A stretch of 64,000 nucleotides of DNA from Mustelus asterias (Eukaryota), in contig NC_135811.1 of the NCBI RefSeq assembly GCF_964213995.1, forward strand, positions 51,274,001 to 51,338,000, in the 5' to 3' direction. Below the pieces are notes generated by a model. That model did no database searches and was not told where the DNA came from. It was given only the letters and a program-made list of their open reading frames with translations. A program made the translations under genes and the position numbers. The first letter of the stretch is position 1. Each line of letters starts with the position of its first letter. This document shows positions 1-13,366 of the stretch, one piece after another.

Positions 1-169
1 GGTCCAACAGGCAGGATCTTCCAGTCCCGTCGATAGTGACCCTCTTGTTGGTTCCCTGGTGGCAGAGGGTGTGAACAATGGGAAGCCCCATTGACAGTGG
101 TGGGACCGTTACATCCCGCTGCCAGCTAATGGTTGGCTGCCTCGCAACCGCAAAATAGGGTGTGGTGAT

Positions 170-494
170 GGGCGGCACAATGGCACAGTGGTTAGCTCTG
201 CTGCCTTACATCGCCAGGGACCTGGGTTCGATTCCTGGCTTGGGTCACTGTCTGTGTGGAGTTTTCACGTTCTCCATGTGTCTGCGTGGGTTTCCTCCGG
301 GTGCTCCGGTTTCCTCCCACAGTCCAAAAGTGTGCGGGTTAGGTGGATTGGCCACGCTAAATTGCCCCTGTAGTGACAGAGGGACTAACTAGGGTAAATG
401 CATGGGGTTACAGGGATAGGGCTTGGGTGGGATTGTGGTCGGTGCAGACTCAATGGGCCGAATGGCCTCCTTTTGCACTGTAGGGATTCTATGA
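170..494 (+). mobile_element. HE1-like V-SINE (tRNA head, V domain, CR1-derived tail)
   Basis: A box TGGCACAGTGG, B box GGTTCGATTCC, V domain GTCTGCGTGGGTTTCCTCCGGGTGCTCCGG, tail GGGCCGAATGGCCTCC...ATTCTATG. Confidence 0.92.
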
Positions 495-1485
495 TGGGTG
501 GAAAATCCCATCTGTAAAGACTAATAGGGGTAGAAATTTATCTCAGTTATTGTGGTGTAAAATATCAGTTCAGAAGCGTGTTATACCCATTGCCTGCTGT
601 TTAGTTCCATTGCAGTCAATAGAATTCATTATCGGGTGCTGCATATAATAGGTGGTTGTTCTGCAATCATCTGTTTTGCCCGAGACACATTTTCACCCCA
701 TGATTTTTAAAATTTCTAAGAAGAATTTTCTGCACGAATGAGTGAGACTCGGAAGATTAATTAATTTCCTTTCTGGGCCAGAAAGATTAATTGGCATTGC
801 ATTAACAATTACCAAATTGTTCGAAGAGTACTTGCACTCTTAAACCTCGACTGTAGATTGCTACGGTGAGTTTAATTTGTGTTCAGTGTGCAAATCCCAA
901 ATAATAATGGGATGCTTGAGGGTGAGGAACATTCTGTGTGAGGCTGCCAGTGGAGAGATGTACATCAACCAGCAGGTCTTGACATTGTCCATTCTCTTTG
1001 AACATCCTTTCTGATTTGTGCATTAATAGCAGTGCGCATCATGAACTCATTCAACAATGTTCTTTGTATGAATTAAATAAAGTTTCCAGAAGCCAGTTGG
1101 CGAGCCACTGTGCAGGAATTTGCTACTTCATTGGCAGGAGGGCAGGCACACTCAATAGCAGTTACCCGCACCTGCCCCGTGGAAATTAAGTGCCCTCCCA
1201 CTGATGCCACAAATTCCGACAGAGTCAACACTGCAGGGCACATCTGTGACACCACCAGGACCATGGTCCATAGATTTTCAGGACCATTGCTCTAACCAGA
1301 TGTGCCACCCGGCTCCAGAGCTTTTAGTTACTTATTTCATTCTATCAGTATGGAGGTCAAAATGAGATACTGGATGTCCACTATATAGATGCAGAACACA
1401 AGTGGGGCCTTGCAGGGAACTGGACTGCATATATGGTGCACCCCAATCAATGAATCACATCATTAAAGACTGTCCCCTCACAAAA

Positions 1486-1915
1486 AGTGGTTAGCACTGC
1501 TGCCTCACAGCACCAGAGACCTGGGATGAATTCCAGCCTCGGGTCACTGTCTGTGTGGAGTTTGCACATTCCCCCTTTGTCTGCATGGGTTTCCTCCGGG
1601 TGCTCCGGTTTCCTCCCACAGTCCAAAGATGAGTGGGTTAGGTTGATTGGCAATGCCAAATTGACCCTTAGGCCAGAACTCTACCACCTCGCCCGCCACA
1701 GAATCGGAGCAGGTGAGGGTCCAACAATGGAAATCTCCATTAACCTCGGCGGGAATTTCTGGTCTCACTCGAGCGAGGCCGCAAAATCCCACCCTTAGTG
1801 TCAGGGGGATTAGCAGGATAAATATGTGGGGTTACTGGGATAGGGCCTGAGTGGGATTGTTGTTGGTGCCGGCTCAGTGGGCCGAATGGCCTCCTTCTGC
1901 ACTGTAAGGATTCTG
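1486..1915 (+). mobile_element. V-SINE interrupted by a MITE
   Basis: Same consensus, with an insertion at 1671-1794. Confidence 0.9.
1671..1794. mobile_element. 124-bp PIF/Harbinger-type MITE
   Basis: Precise insertion in a V-SINE with TTA duplicated (1668-1670 and 1795-1797); imperfect GG..AA(C/T)T TIRs; related copy at 18310-18437. Confidence 0.75.
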
Positions 1916-2954
1916 TGAAAATTCAGCGGAAGACTCACAGAACTCCATTTCGTCACTGCGGAAGCTTTTGCCTGGCTTGGTGATTACTGTACTCACTTAA
2001 AATGATGTAGAATAGGTTACATTATCACTGGCATGCTCTGTCTATCTACATATGATGTATTATATTAATTAACAAAGAATATTTCAAAGAATATGCACCC
2101 CTGACATTATTGCATTGACACAAAGGACCATCGCATTTCATAGCTACAATCATTTGAGAGCAAATACTTTCTCACCCACCTGGGGGAAGAGTAGTGTTAT
2201 CATTTCTCCATTTTTCTTGAATTTCTCACCTCAAATTGATGGAAGTGACAAATTTCCATATAAATTGTTTTTTTATTTAGCGAAGGGGTTTTATCTTGAT
2301 TTTGCAATGTAGCTGTGGAGTTGTACTGCCTAGTTTGAAAATGAAATGATCCCTTGCGGATTTGAGTCAGGTATATTGCATTTAGTACCGAGTTCTCACA
2401 GGGTTATATTTTCTTGTTTTGCAAATTCTCGTGCAAATGTCAATGCAAGTCAGCAGTATTCTTCGCTTCATATTTTTGCTTACTTTTGGACTCGTAGTGA
2501 ATGGAAGAAGATATAATCCATATGTATTATTTATGGACCACATAATTTACATTTTCCTTCACAGTCCACTGACAACAGTTCAAACTTTAAATAACCGTTC
2601 AGTAGAAAAGGAAAGGATCCATAGGGCATCTCAATAGCAATGTTTCAAAAGTAATTCACTTACAATACCTTACTTGAAAGTGAATCAATCATGATTATGA
2701 GAACAAGCTCAGGGTTTAAATGCATAATAAGAGAGCTTGTAGATTCCTGAGAAAACTTGCAGCAGCGAAAGGGAGCACACCTGGAGTACTGTGTGCAGGG
2801 TTAGTCTCCATATTTAAGGAAGGATATTCTTGCATATACTTGGTAGAGGCTGGTTAGCGATGGTTCACTAGATTGTTCCCTGGGATGAGAAGGTGATCCT
2901 ATGAAGAAAGGATGAGTAAATTGGGCCTATATTCTCTGGATTTTAGACAAGTGA

Positions 2955-3297
2955 ATCATAGAAATCCTACAGTGCAGAAAGAGGCCATTCGGCCCATCGA
3001 GTCTGCACCGACTACAATCCCACCCAGGCCCTACCCCCATATCCCTACATATTTTACCCGCTAATCCTTCTAATCTACGCATCTCAGGACACTAAGGGGA
3101 AATTTTAGCATAGCCAATGCACCTAAACCCGCACATCTTTGGACTGTGGGAGGAAACCGGAGCACCCGGAGGAAACCCACGCAGATACGAGGAGAATGTG
3201 CAAACTCCACACAGACAGTGACCCAAGCCGGGAATCGAACCCAGGTCCCTGGAGCTGTGAGGCAGCAGTGCTAACCACTGTGCTACCGTGCCGCCCC
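2955..3297 (-). mobile_element. V-SINE, full length
   Basis: Reverse complement of the consensus from head to TTCTATGA tail. Confidence 0.92.
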
Positions 3298-3373
3298 ATG
3301 CCTTGTACCGTGCCACAAGTGAGAGTTGATCTCAGTAGAACATTTTGCAGGGGCTTGGCAGAGTAGACAGATT

Positions 3374-4057
3374 GGGCAGAATTTTCTCTCATTTTGAAAC
3401 CAAGTGTTGTGGCAGAGGTGGGAACATGTATTGTTTCCCACTGAGGGAGCTGGCCGGAAAACACACCAAATCTTCCAGCCCCGACCTCAGTAATTTTGCA
3501 CCAGGGTGATTTGCATTGTATTCCGTGGCGGGGCAAGCCTGGATGGCACGTAGTCTATGCCTATATGACCTAACACCATATTGAAAAGGTGCCGAACATC
3601 ACTGACCCACTACTGAGGAAAGAGGATGGACCTCCTGAACATGAAGATGGACTTCCAGGGCATTCTGAGGCTGGAAGATGGATCTCCTACAGGACAACTT
3701 GAAGGTCCACTTCCAGATACACCCGATACACTGCTGTGGTGTTCCAGAGTCCAGGATCGCGGCTGCCCTTATCCTGGATGCTGGAGGCAGCCCCAGACAT
3801 TGTTCAGATGAGTCCTGACATCTGCACGCCACGTTGTTCTGGAAGTGTTTCATGCTGGCATTGCGGAGAATTCACGCGAGGGCAGGGGTGAGGGGGTGGG
3901 GGGTTGGTCAGGCCTTCACGTGCAACCCATTAACGGGATGCAAGGAGGTTCACGCCCACCGCTCGTAGGTTTTGCACCGTCATGGTGCGGATAGCAGCAG
4001 GAGATCCCCCATGCCCACCATCGAACCCGCTGGCGGGGCCTTGGTAGAGTTTTGCCC
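3374..4057. mobile_element. About 0.7-kb non-autonomous Harbinger-like DNA transposon
   Basis: Termini GGGCAGAATTTTC / GAGTTTTGCCC; colinear homologue at 8132-8848. Confidence 0.7.
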
Positions 4058-5399
4058 GTAGTTTCTGCAGGCCGATGAATTCGGAACATAGGAGAAAAGT
4101 CCCGGGGACAAGGGGATGATCATTTGGGGCTGAGAAGAGGAGGAATTATTTCACACACCAAGGGTTGAGAATCTTGGGAATTCTCTACTCCAGAGAATGG
4201 ATGCTGAGTCGTTGAATACAGTTAAAGCTGGAATAGACAGCTTTTGGGTGTTTCAAGGAATTGAGGGATGCAGGGAATGGGCAGGAAAGTGGAGCTGAAG
4301 CCAAAGATCAGTCAGTAGCAATTCAGACTCGATGGGCTGAATGGTCTTCTGCTCTTACGTCTTGTGTCTGAGTATACCTCATAAATGTGGATGGACTGTA
4401 CTTGTCGCACGTGTATTTACTTTGAGATATCTTTATACTCTCAATATTGAGATTCTTTATATATTTAATTCCCTGAATCCATTTCATCTCTGCCTCTGCC
4501 TTTTCCTAAGACGAGCTTGTAAACTGACATCAGTATTAAGCTTAATAGCTGTGAAATTGGTGGTTATGTGTAAGTTCATGACTGTCATTTAATCTCCTCT
4601 CTGTGAAGTGCTTTGAGATGTCCTGAGAAGATGAGAGGTTCTTTTTAATAAATACAAGTTTTTTTTTAAACTCTTGCAGACAGCCAAAGTTGCTTCTGTG
4701 CGTGACAGCAGCACTATAGAGACACTCTTCGTACCAGCTTTGAGCAGTGGAGTGTGGTGCACTTTGCAGCTATTTAATTCATAGCCTGTGCTGTTCAAGT
4801 GGCCTTTCTGCACACTACAATCTGTTTGGTTTACTGATTGAAAATGAGACAGCTTACTTATCAACTGAAACCTACACTGCACATTACAGACATTCAGTGC
4901 ACCTCCGAAACTGTACTTGGCATAAAGGAACCAGCGCAGGACAGGAAAAAGCTGATCTTAATGCAGGGTGCCACACAAGCGCAATACAGTATTAAGCCGG
5001 CTCAGGCAACTACACATGAACTCCTATTTATTAAAATGTAAGATTATATGGAAGCAAGAGTGAAGCAGCTGATAAATGTAACAGTTTACACCAAGCATCT
5101 TAGCTGTTTGCCCCAGAGTTTGAACATTTGAAAACATGATGGCAACATTTATTTTAGAATTGAACATCAGTACGCTTCTAATAATAACTCAACAAAATAG
5201 GATGTTGGAGAATATAAGTGGTGTTGGATAAGATGTGCCACATAAGCCTTGTTACAAAATTTCCGTTGTATAGCAGAAGAGGAGGTGAATATAAATTTTG
5301 CCACTGGATAGGAAAAATGGTTAGTAGACAGGGAATGAATAGGTTGAAAGAAGTGTAGTAATTTGGCTCCACCAGTTAAGAATAAACTATAGACATTAA

Positions 5400-6856
5400 T
5401 TAACGAACAGCAACTGTTGGCAGATTTAATGCTTCCAGATATGATTCTAGGACCTAATTGCTAGGGCAATCTGAGACAAGTTGGAGTGAAGCCCCAACTC
5501 GGTTTTCCGATTAGTTAGCCTGGATCATGTGATCATTTCAGAAGACTGCCCCTTAAAGGGGCCAGACACCACGTCTCTCTCCCCTTCAAGAATGGTTAAC
5601 TTATAGAGTCCCCCATAATTTACAACAATGAACACTTTTAATCATTGCATCAAAACCTCAGTCTCTCTGGTGGATTCTTCTTTCCTGTAGGGCAGGGCAA
5701 CTCCAATGATTGGGATGCTTCTGCTGGGGCACTTGCTGTAGAATCTGTCACACTTGCTCCCTCTTCTTGTCCTGATGCTTCAACCTCCTCTGTCCCAGCC
5801 AGAACAATACCCTCGCCTGTCACAGATTAATTCGACATTTCACTTCCCTGGGCAGCCAGCAACACTGCCAGCTGACAACAACGAATCAGAAACACTGGCT
5901 CTCGGAATGACTCTCATCCACACAAATAATCCACATGTTTCCTCAAAATCCTGTCTTGCACACTCACTTCATAGGACAACAGTCCTGCCTTGGTCATGAC
6001 AATTCCTGGAGCCCAGCTTGGGCCACTTCTGAAGTTTTTCACTTAGACTGTATCATCTATTTCGAATGATCTTGTATTTTTAGTCAAATTGATTCCTCTT
6101 TTGGTTGCACTGTCTTGCCTCTATCCTTCTTGATAAGTTTGGGAATACCACGCTCAGCCTGGTCCTTGGCCAATGGCCCATCAGTAGTTCTGTTAGAGAT
6201 TTACTGGTGGTCGAATGCGGGGTGGTCCTGTAAGCTATTTTTGTTTCCAAAAAAGCAGCTAAATGTTTCTTTAAGCGGCTTTGCGAGTCTGGACTGTCCA
6301 CTCAGCCAGTCCATTGGATGAGGAATGATATGGTGCACTCCTAATGTACTTTATCCCATTGAAACTTTAAAATTCGGCGTTTGTGAAAGTCGTTCTGTTA
6401 TCTGATACTTAGGTACTTCAGGTTCTCCATGGAATGCAGTTTCTTGACCGTGTCATGTGCGGTTGTGAATCTCATCTCAAAACCTACATCCATTTGGAGT
6501 GAGCGTCTACCAATCGTAGAAAGATGGTGCCCAGAAATGGTCCTCAATAATCTAAGTGGACTCGCACCCCTGGCTATCCTGGCCATTCCCAAGGGTGCAA
6601 AGGGGCTGTGGCAGGTAAACTCTGCTGTAACTGCTACTGATCACAGTGCTTTACCAGTCTTTCAGTATTGCCATCAACGGATTCTAGGATTCCTGTCCTC
6701 CTCATTTCTGTTTCTAGCAATTTTGGTAATTGTGGTATAAGGTTGTGGAGAGTGAGCCCGCACAGAGAATCCTCATCACATTGTGGGGGTGGACATTTCA
6801 AACCTCCCAAAATTTCGATGTGTTTGGGCACAAACATTTCAAAAACTTGCCACTAA
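5400..6856 (-). mobile_element. Decayed Ty3/Gypsy LTR retrotransposon 3' part (integrase, PPT, start of 3' LTR)
   Basis: Minus strand 6300-6360 reads NGIKYIRSAPYHSSSNGLAE, followed by YRTTPHSTTSKSLTELLMG..RTRL. Purine tract AAGGGGAGAGAG on minus at about 5575-5589. Confidence 0.8.
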
Positions 6857-6857
6857 G

Positions 6858-7405
6858 TTTATTTTGATTTGATTTAGTATTGTCACATGTATTGGTATAC
6901 AGTAAAAAGTATTGTTTCTTATGCGCTATACAAAGCATACTGTACGTAGAGAAGGAAAGGAGACAGTGCAGAATGTAGCATTACAGTCATAGCTATGGTG
7001 TAGAGAAAGATCAACTTAACACAAGATAAGTCCATTCAAAAGTCTGACGGCAGCAGGGAAGAAGCTGTTCTTGAGTTGGTTGGTACATGACCTCAGACTT
7101 TTGTATCTTTTTCCCGACGGAAGAGGGTGGAAGAAAGTATGTCCAGGGGGCATGGGGTCCTTAATTATGCTGGCTGTTTTTCCAAGGCAGTGGGGAGCGT
7201 GGACAGAGACAGTGGGTGGGAGGCTGGTTTGAGTGAGCGCAACCCTTTGTAGTTTCTTGCGGTCTTGGGCAGAGCAGGAGCCATTCCAACCTGTGATACA
7301 GCCAGAAAGAATGCTTTCTATGGTGCATCTGTAGAAGTTGGTGAGAGTCATAATGGACATGCCAACTTCCCTTAGACTGCTGAGAAAGTAGAGGCGTTGG
7401 TGGGC
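6858..7405 (-). mobile_element. Rex1/Babar-type LINE 3' fragment
   Basis: LTNFYRCTIESILSGCITGW...LPSGKRYKSLRS..NQLKNSFFPAAVRLLN, followed by tail GTGACAATACTAAATCAAATCAAA. Confidence 0.85.
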
Positions 7406-8131
7406 TTTCTTAACTATAGTGTCCTAATGGCTCATTGATTATTTCCCAAGTGCATACTGGATGAATGGATCTGCAGGGGGTATGGGAGATATGAAGGAGG
7501 CATGGAGGAGGTAGGAGGTGGCTGTAGGGGCAGTTGGGGTGATGGGAGGTGAGGGATAGAGAGCCTAACAACTAAGATTACAACGGGGCTGATGTCCCAG
7601 TGGGCAGAGGTGGACCTTCTAACAAGCTGCTCTCGCCATTTGCCTGCCTCTTGCTGCCTCAAGTGCAGCTCTAACACATGTTTACCTTCCTGACCAGAAA
7701 ATAGGCATCTTCCAGGATGGGAATGGGGGATGGGGATGGGATTCTTGAGTCGGAAAAGTTCCTGGCTCCCAGGACCCACCTCCTTACCAAAGATCCAACC
7801 ATTTGACTACTGCAGCACTTAGGAATAATGAAAAAGTTGCCAGAACATTGGGTTTGGCTTGGAGGCCTGTTGCAGGAAGAAGACAATGTAATAGTTCAAT
7901 ATCACTTGGCAATCAGCCAATGATGATTTACACATTCCACCTTTGGTAGTCAAATAAACAAGCTCGCAAGTAGATAGCAGATTTACTCTTCAATCCCCAG
8001 TCATTGACTGCGTGCGCTCTGATTTCTAGTCCACCTGATTTTATGACTTTTCACAATACCTCATTGACTTGCATTGTGCCATTGGAGCATGTCTACATAT
8101 ACATGCTTCACACATACATGTAACACACATT

Positions 8132-8848
8132 GGGTGGAATTCTCCCAGCTTGAGACTACTAGGGAGGGTGAATGTGGAGTGTTTCTTTTGCAGCCAGCGG
8201 GAAACACACCAAATCTTCCCGCCCCAACCTCTTGAATGATACACCTGGGTGTTTCACGATATATTTAGTGGCAGACCAGACCTGGATGGCGCATGGTCTG
8301 CCATTGTGTCCAGGCGCTATATTGAAAAGGCGCCCAACATCACTGACCCACTAATGAGGAATGTAGATGGACCTCCTGAGAAGGAAGATGGATCTCTGGG
8401 AACATTCTGAGGTTGGACAATGGACCCCCTCCAGGATACCTGACCTGGAAGGTCCACTTGCAGATGCACCTCTGACCCACTGCTGTGGTGGTCTAGGGTT
8501 GTTGGCGGCCTCCTTCCTGAACTCTGGAGGCCGCCAACAACCCGGCGGGTTGTTCAGGTGTATCCCGACATTTGCACACCAAATTGTATGAACGTGTTTC
8601 ACGCCGGAGTGTTTTCCTGTCGGCGTCGTGGAGAATCTGGTGCGGAGGGTTTGGACTTCCAATGGTATTCCTTTAAGAGGCGTGCTGGCCTCTGGTGGGT
8701 TTTCTGACCTGCCATGGTGGGCAACAGCAGGTTGGTGATCCTGATGTAAATTCACGCTGGCATGAAACCAATTTCTGGCCCTTATGCCATTTTCACCCCC
8801 CACGCATGCCGTCAAACACACTGGCAAGGGCTTGGAAGATTTCTGCCA
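8132..8848. mobile_element. About 0.7-kb non-autonomous Harbinger-like DNA transposon
   Basis: Shares aaacacaccaaatcttcc, atattgaaaagg.gcc.aacatcactgacccacta and gatggacctcctga with 3374-4057; termini GGGTGGAATTCTCC / GGAAGATTTCTGCC. Confidence 0.7.
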
Positions 8849-9463
8849 ATCAACATAAATGTATCACACTCAGATGTACTGCCTGTACATACATGAATCA
8901 CACATGCCCGTGCATACATATATCACAAATGCTTACACATGTATTTATTACACATCCATGTACGCACACACACCTGCACATCTAAGTACTGCACATGATT
9001 CAGACAGGATTAAAAATGAATTTAAAAAACTAACAGTTTTCAGTGGGTCAGTTCATGTTGCCACCACATTGTCAGATTCCCATTACGTCCCCGTTGTAGC
9101 TGTCACTGCTTTGTCCCAAATATCACTGAAGAGGCAGTTTTAATGAAGCTGCAGCAATGTACCCAGAGGCAGTCAGAATGCTATTGACTTTTACAGTTGT
9201 GATTATGAGAGATAGAAGCCATTCGGTCATGTCAATGTTTGTGTTGAGCATCGTCACTGTGTCTCATATGTCAAATTGTGAATTGAAAGGACAGGCTTGA
9301 ATGGATCTGAACTTGTGGTGCTATCTGATAAATTGGCACAGTTAAAAAACAGATTGGAAGCAGTCCAGTCAGTAGAAAAGCTTATAGTAAATACAGCTGC
9401 AGATTCAGAACCTTTTCTTTTTAAATCCTTTATATTATTGTTCTGCCCTCTGCCTTGAGTTGT

Positions 9464-9942
9464 GCATGTTATAATGCCTAGCATAGAGGAGGGGCAGAAA
9501 CTAGCAGAGTGCTCCAAACACCTGTCCTGTCATGAAGTTGCTCCTTCATCAGTTCCTTTCAAACGTGCGAATCGGCCCTGGAATTTTTGTCCAGTTGTTT
9601 TGGGATAGTCTTCTTGCACGTGCTGGTTGAAAATGGGGAAAACCATCGTCCCATCATTCCATTGCAGAAAGCATCGCTGTACAATTGCCCTGTGTCATTG
9701 TGCTGTCTGAATATTTGACTAAACAGACTGCAAGGCTTCCCTCATGGCCTCATGGGACGATGGTTTTCCCCATTTTCAACCAGGACGTGCAAGAAGACTA
9801 TCCCAAAACAACCGGACAAGAATTCCAGGGCCGATTCACACGTTTGAAAGGAACTGATGAAGGAGCAACTTCATGACAGGACAGGTGTCTGGAGCACTCT
9901 GCTAGTTTCTGCCCCTCCTCTATGCTAGGCATTATAACATGC
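9464..9942. repeat. Long inverted repeat with 191-bp arms and a 97-bp spacer
   Basis: 9464-9654 is the reverse complement of 9752-9942, with about 5 mismatches by eye. Confidence 0.95.
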
Positions 9943-10189
9943 TGAGTAAAGGCACCATCTGGTGTAGCGTGACGGCCGGACAGACTAACAGGGCCCAGGT
10001 CCAATTTGGCGCCTGGCCTGAGCTAACCCATCTCATGAGGCATTACTGTGAGCCATCGTGATACTAGCTTGTGGTGGAGAAAGGCAGTCAGTGTTGCTAT
10101 CCTGCAATGGTGGGCAAGTGGGAGAGGGGTTTAACTGAGATCAAGTATTGGGCTGCTGGGAGATACAATGAATGGCAAATAGCATATAA

Positions 10190-10860
10190 ACGTATAAAAT
10201 CCTGATGGAACTTGACAAGGTGGATGCTGAATTTCCCACTGTGGGGGAGTTGAGAACCAGGGGACACAGTTTAAAAATTAGGGATCTCTCATTTAAGACT
10301 GGGATGAGGAGATTTCTTTCTCTCAGAGTTGTTAATCTATAGATTTCTCTTTAAGATTTTTAAGTTTAAGTATTATGGTCACAAGTAGGCTTACATTAAC
10401 AGTGCAATGAAGTTACTGTGAAAATCCCCCAGCCGGCACACTCCGGCATCTATTTGGGTACACTGAGGGAGAATTTAGCACACCTTTCGGACTGTGGGAG
10501 GAAACCGGAGCACCCGGAGGAAACCCACACAGACCCGGGGAGAACGTGCAGACTCCACACAGACAGTGACCCAAGCCGGGAATCAAACCCTGGCCCCTGG
10601 CGCTATGGGGCAGCAGTGCTAAGCGCTGTGCCACCATGCCTCCTAGGGAGCCTCTTTCCCAGGGAGCAGTGGAGGCTGGCTCATCGAATATATTTAGGGC
10701 TAAGTTAGTTAGATTTTTGATTGACAAAGAAGTTGTGGGTTCGTAGGGGTCAACAGAAAAGTGGAGTGAAAGACCACAATCAGATCAACCATGATCTTAT
10801 TGAATGGCGGAGCAGGCTCGAGGGGCAGAATGGCCTACTCCTGCTCCTAATTCTTGTGCT
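10190..10860 (+). mobile_element. CR1 3' end with nested SINE
   Basis: CR1 C-terminal sequence and tail gaatggcggagcaggctcgagggg..gaatggcctactcctgctcc. Confidence 0.8.
10361..10640 (-). mobile_element. V-SINE variant with alternative (Rex1-like) tail
   Basis: V-SINE head and core followed by CTCCCTCAGTGTACCC...GTAAGCCTACTTGTGAC on minus. Confidence 0.85.
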
Positions 10861-11664
10861 ACTGCAATAATCACCAGTGCTCCTGGTCCCCAGATCTCTC
10901 TTCCTCATTCTTGAGCCTAATCTCCTACCCAAACATTTACTTGACGTGTGATCTTGAGTGTGCTGCTACATGATAACAGAGTGTCAGGTCCAAAGCCCAA
11001 CGCTCCTCATTGGAGTACGAGCTGCCAGCACAGTGGGCATGGTGCCCAAGAACAGATGCTGCCATGTGTCTAGGCCAAGCCCCTTCACTTAATCCCTGAC
11101 ATAATTTACACAAGTGCACTTAGCATCCAGCTTAGTCCAGCAGTTAAAATGTCATTAGAATCCTGGTGGCATCATTAAAACCCAATATTAACGACATTTC
11201 AGTTTTACCCAGGCGGAAACATCGACTACCTAAAAAAAAAGGCCCAGTTAAAGCAGTGGTGTCCAGGGATATTTTTCTTTATTTACTCGCGCACGGTGTC
11301 GCTGACTCGGCCAACATTTACCCACCGAGTGAGACAGATTCAAATCGATCATACCCCCTCCCTAATTGTGAATAGATATTAGAGTCATACAGATATACAG
11401 CATGGAAACAGGCCCTTCAGCCCAATTCGTTCATGCTGATAAGATTTCCTAAACTGAACGAGTCCCATTTACCTGCATTTGGCCCATATCGCTCGAAACT
11501 ATTCCCAGCCATGTACCTGTCCAAGTGTTGGGTAAGGACAAGACTTTATGACTCCCTCCTTATCAATATCATTTATGGACATTTATTGTTTACGCTGAGG
11601 TAAAAAGGATGGCATTTGGTGACCATATGCTGAGACACATGGAAACATGGCTGGTAATTTGATA

Positions 11665-12236
11665 ATCAGAAGCTTTTTTCCCAGGGTGGAAGAGTCAATT
11701 ACTAGAGGGCATAGGTTTAAGGTGCAAGGGGCAAGGTTTAAAGGAGATCACATGGTCTGGAATGGGGGGGTGGGGGTGAGTTAATAGGTTGTGATGAACA
11801 AAGCATCGTAGCTGTGAGGGACAGCTCGGTGGATAGGATATTAGGATGTAGATAGGCTCGAAAATTGGGCGGGGATCCTGGATTCAGGATTCAATCCTGG
11901 ACCGGGGAGCGGCGCGGGCTTGGAGGGCCGAAGGGCCTGTTCCTGTGCTGTATTGTTCTTTGTTCTTTGTTCTCTTTGTTCTTTGAGATGTACAAGGCAA
12001 GTTTTTTTACACAGGGTGGTGGGCGCCTGGAACTCGCTGCCGGGTGAGGTATTGGAAGCAGATACGATAGTGACTTTTAAGAGGCGTCTTGACAAATACA
12101 TGAATAGAATGGGAATGGAGGGATATGGTCCCCGGAAGGGTAGGGGGTTTTAGTTCAGTTGGGAAGCATGGTCGGTGCAGGCTTGGAGGACCGAAGGGCC
12201 TGTTCCTGTGCTGTAATTTTCTTTGTTCTTTGTTCT
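11665..12236 (+). mobile_element. CR1 3' end with a second CR1 3'UTR fragment nested at about 11750-11985
   Basis: RVVGAWNSLPGEVLEADTIVTFKRRLDKYM; two gaagggcctgttcctgtgctgta + (TTCTTTG)n tails; GAGAT on both sides of the nested piece. Confidence 0.85.
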
Positions 12237-13366
12237 TAATTAATGGCTGTCTTCAGGAAGGTAAGGAGTATATCAGAAATCAGTGGTAGCACACTGCCGA
12301 TGCATGCACACACAACTGGCACTAATTAATATTTCATTGTGCATGATGCACTTAAAAACTGAACAGTTGTTAAATTGGGGCCAAGAGTTTTACTTGTAGC
12401 CATTTGTTGCCAGGGTAACTATCATTTTACAATTATCCTTCTGCATAATGGTAGCAGTGTTGTTTTGAAAGGCTGGGCCAACGGGAACAATTGAATGAGT
12501 CCAAACTAAATTAACTCTGGCCATTTTTGAGGCAGGATTTGAATCATGTTGCATTTACTAAGGATGAAATAGTCAGCAAATGGATAAATGCAATGTTTTG
12601 TGGGTCTGTGCAGCAGTCAGTGGTGCCGGAGCAATTTGTTTCCTGCTGAACTTGGTGACTCCAATATGTATAATTTAAACACAATCCTTGAGTGTTGGTG
12701 AATGGTGAATTCATGATTATATGAATAGATTAAGTATGGCATTGTACCTAAGACCTTTATTTTGAGTTCCGAAGCTCTCTTGACTGCAGGTTCATTGTCA
12801 GTTTATAAATTTGACATGGTTGAAAATTGTCTTGCACTGGAAGAGCAAATCAGCGGCTGTGAAGTGAACAGGACACCTTTCTGAACGCTCTCTCCCTTGT
12901 AAGCTGCGTGATTCACAGACTGGCTTCTGCCTGGTAAGGAGACTGAGGGAACCTTGGAACTACGCCCACAGGTCTAGACAATCTGCTGAATGAGAAGAGG
13001 CAGACTGGCTGCTACATGTCAGCGGCTTAGTGTGTTGTTCCAGTTCTGTATCTCTTAATAACTGCTGCAGATTGATTCAGAAAGGACTAAATTGATAACT
13101 AAATTACAAGAAGTGACCAGAGACCAGCACCAAATCCAGTGAAGAGACCTCCCCGCCCCCACCGCCAACCCCGTCTCACCTCATCTGGGGCTAGGATGTT
13201 ACTGACTGAACCGATTAATCTATTGAGATATTTTTAAATACCATTTCGTTAAGCCTTTTGTTCATACCCGTTGCTCCAGAGCTTGGTTTGAAAAGCCCTG
13301 ACTGACTTACCCAGAGCTTGAAAGGAATCTCAGTCATTAACTTCAGTTGACAAGATCGAAAAAAAT

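Larger units (their letters stand above)
2778..4365 (+). mobile_element. Old CR1 3' fragment with nested V-SINE and MITE
   Basis: cacctggagtactgtgtgcag (HLEYCVQ) at 2778; CR1 sequence resumes at 3319 and 4058; tail gggctgaatggtcttctgctc at about 4340. Confidence 0.8.

Noticed and set aside
170-245. tRNA-like A/B boxes as tRNA genes
   Set aside because: They are SINE heads that always continue into the V domain; no standalone tRNA was seen.
162-392. Recurrent short ORFs (MAQWLALLPH.../MVSTAASQ.../MDCGRKPEHPEE...) resembling a peptide family
   Set aside because: They are translations of the non-coding V-SINE in different frames.
8860-8995. CA/TA-rich stretch as coding sequence
   Set aside because: Degenerate purine-pyrimidine microsatellite, continuing the one at 8095-8130 that the MITE interrupts.
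9854-9876. CTGATGAAGGAGCAACTTC in the long inverted repeat as a hammerhead
   Set aside because: No GAAA after the putative stem II and no pLTR sequence nearby; probably coincidental.
12904-12933. Possible micro-exon (ttgtaAG...cctg|GTAAGG)
   Set aside because: Splice-like motifs only; no similarity to PRKG1 alpha or beta N-termini and no transcript evidence.
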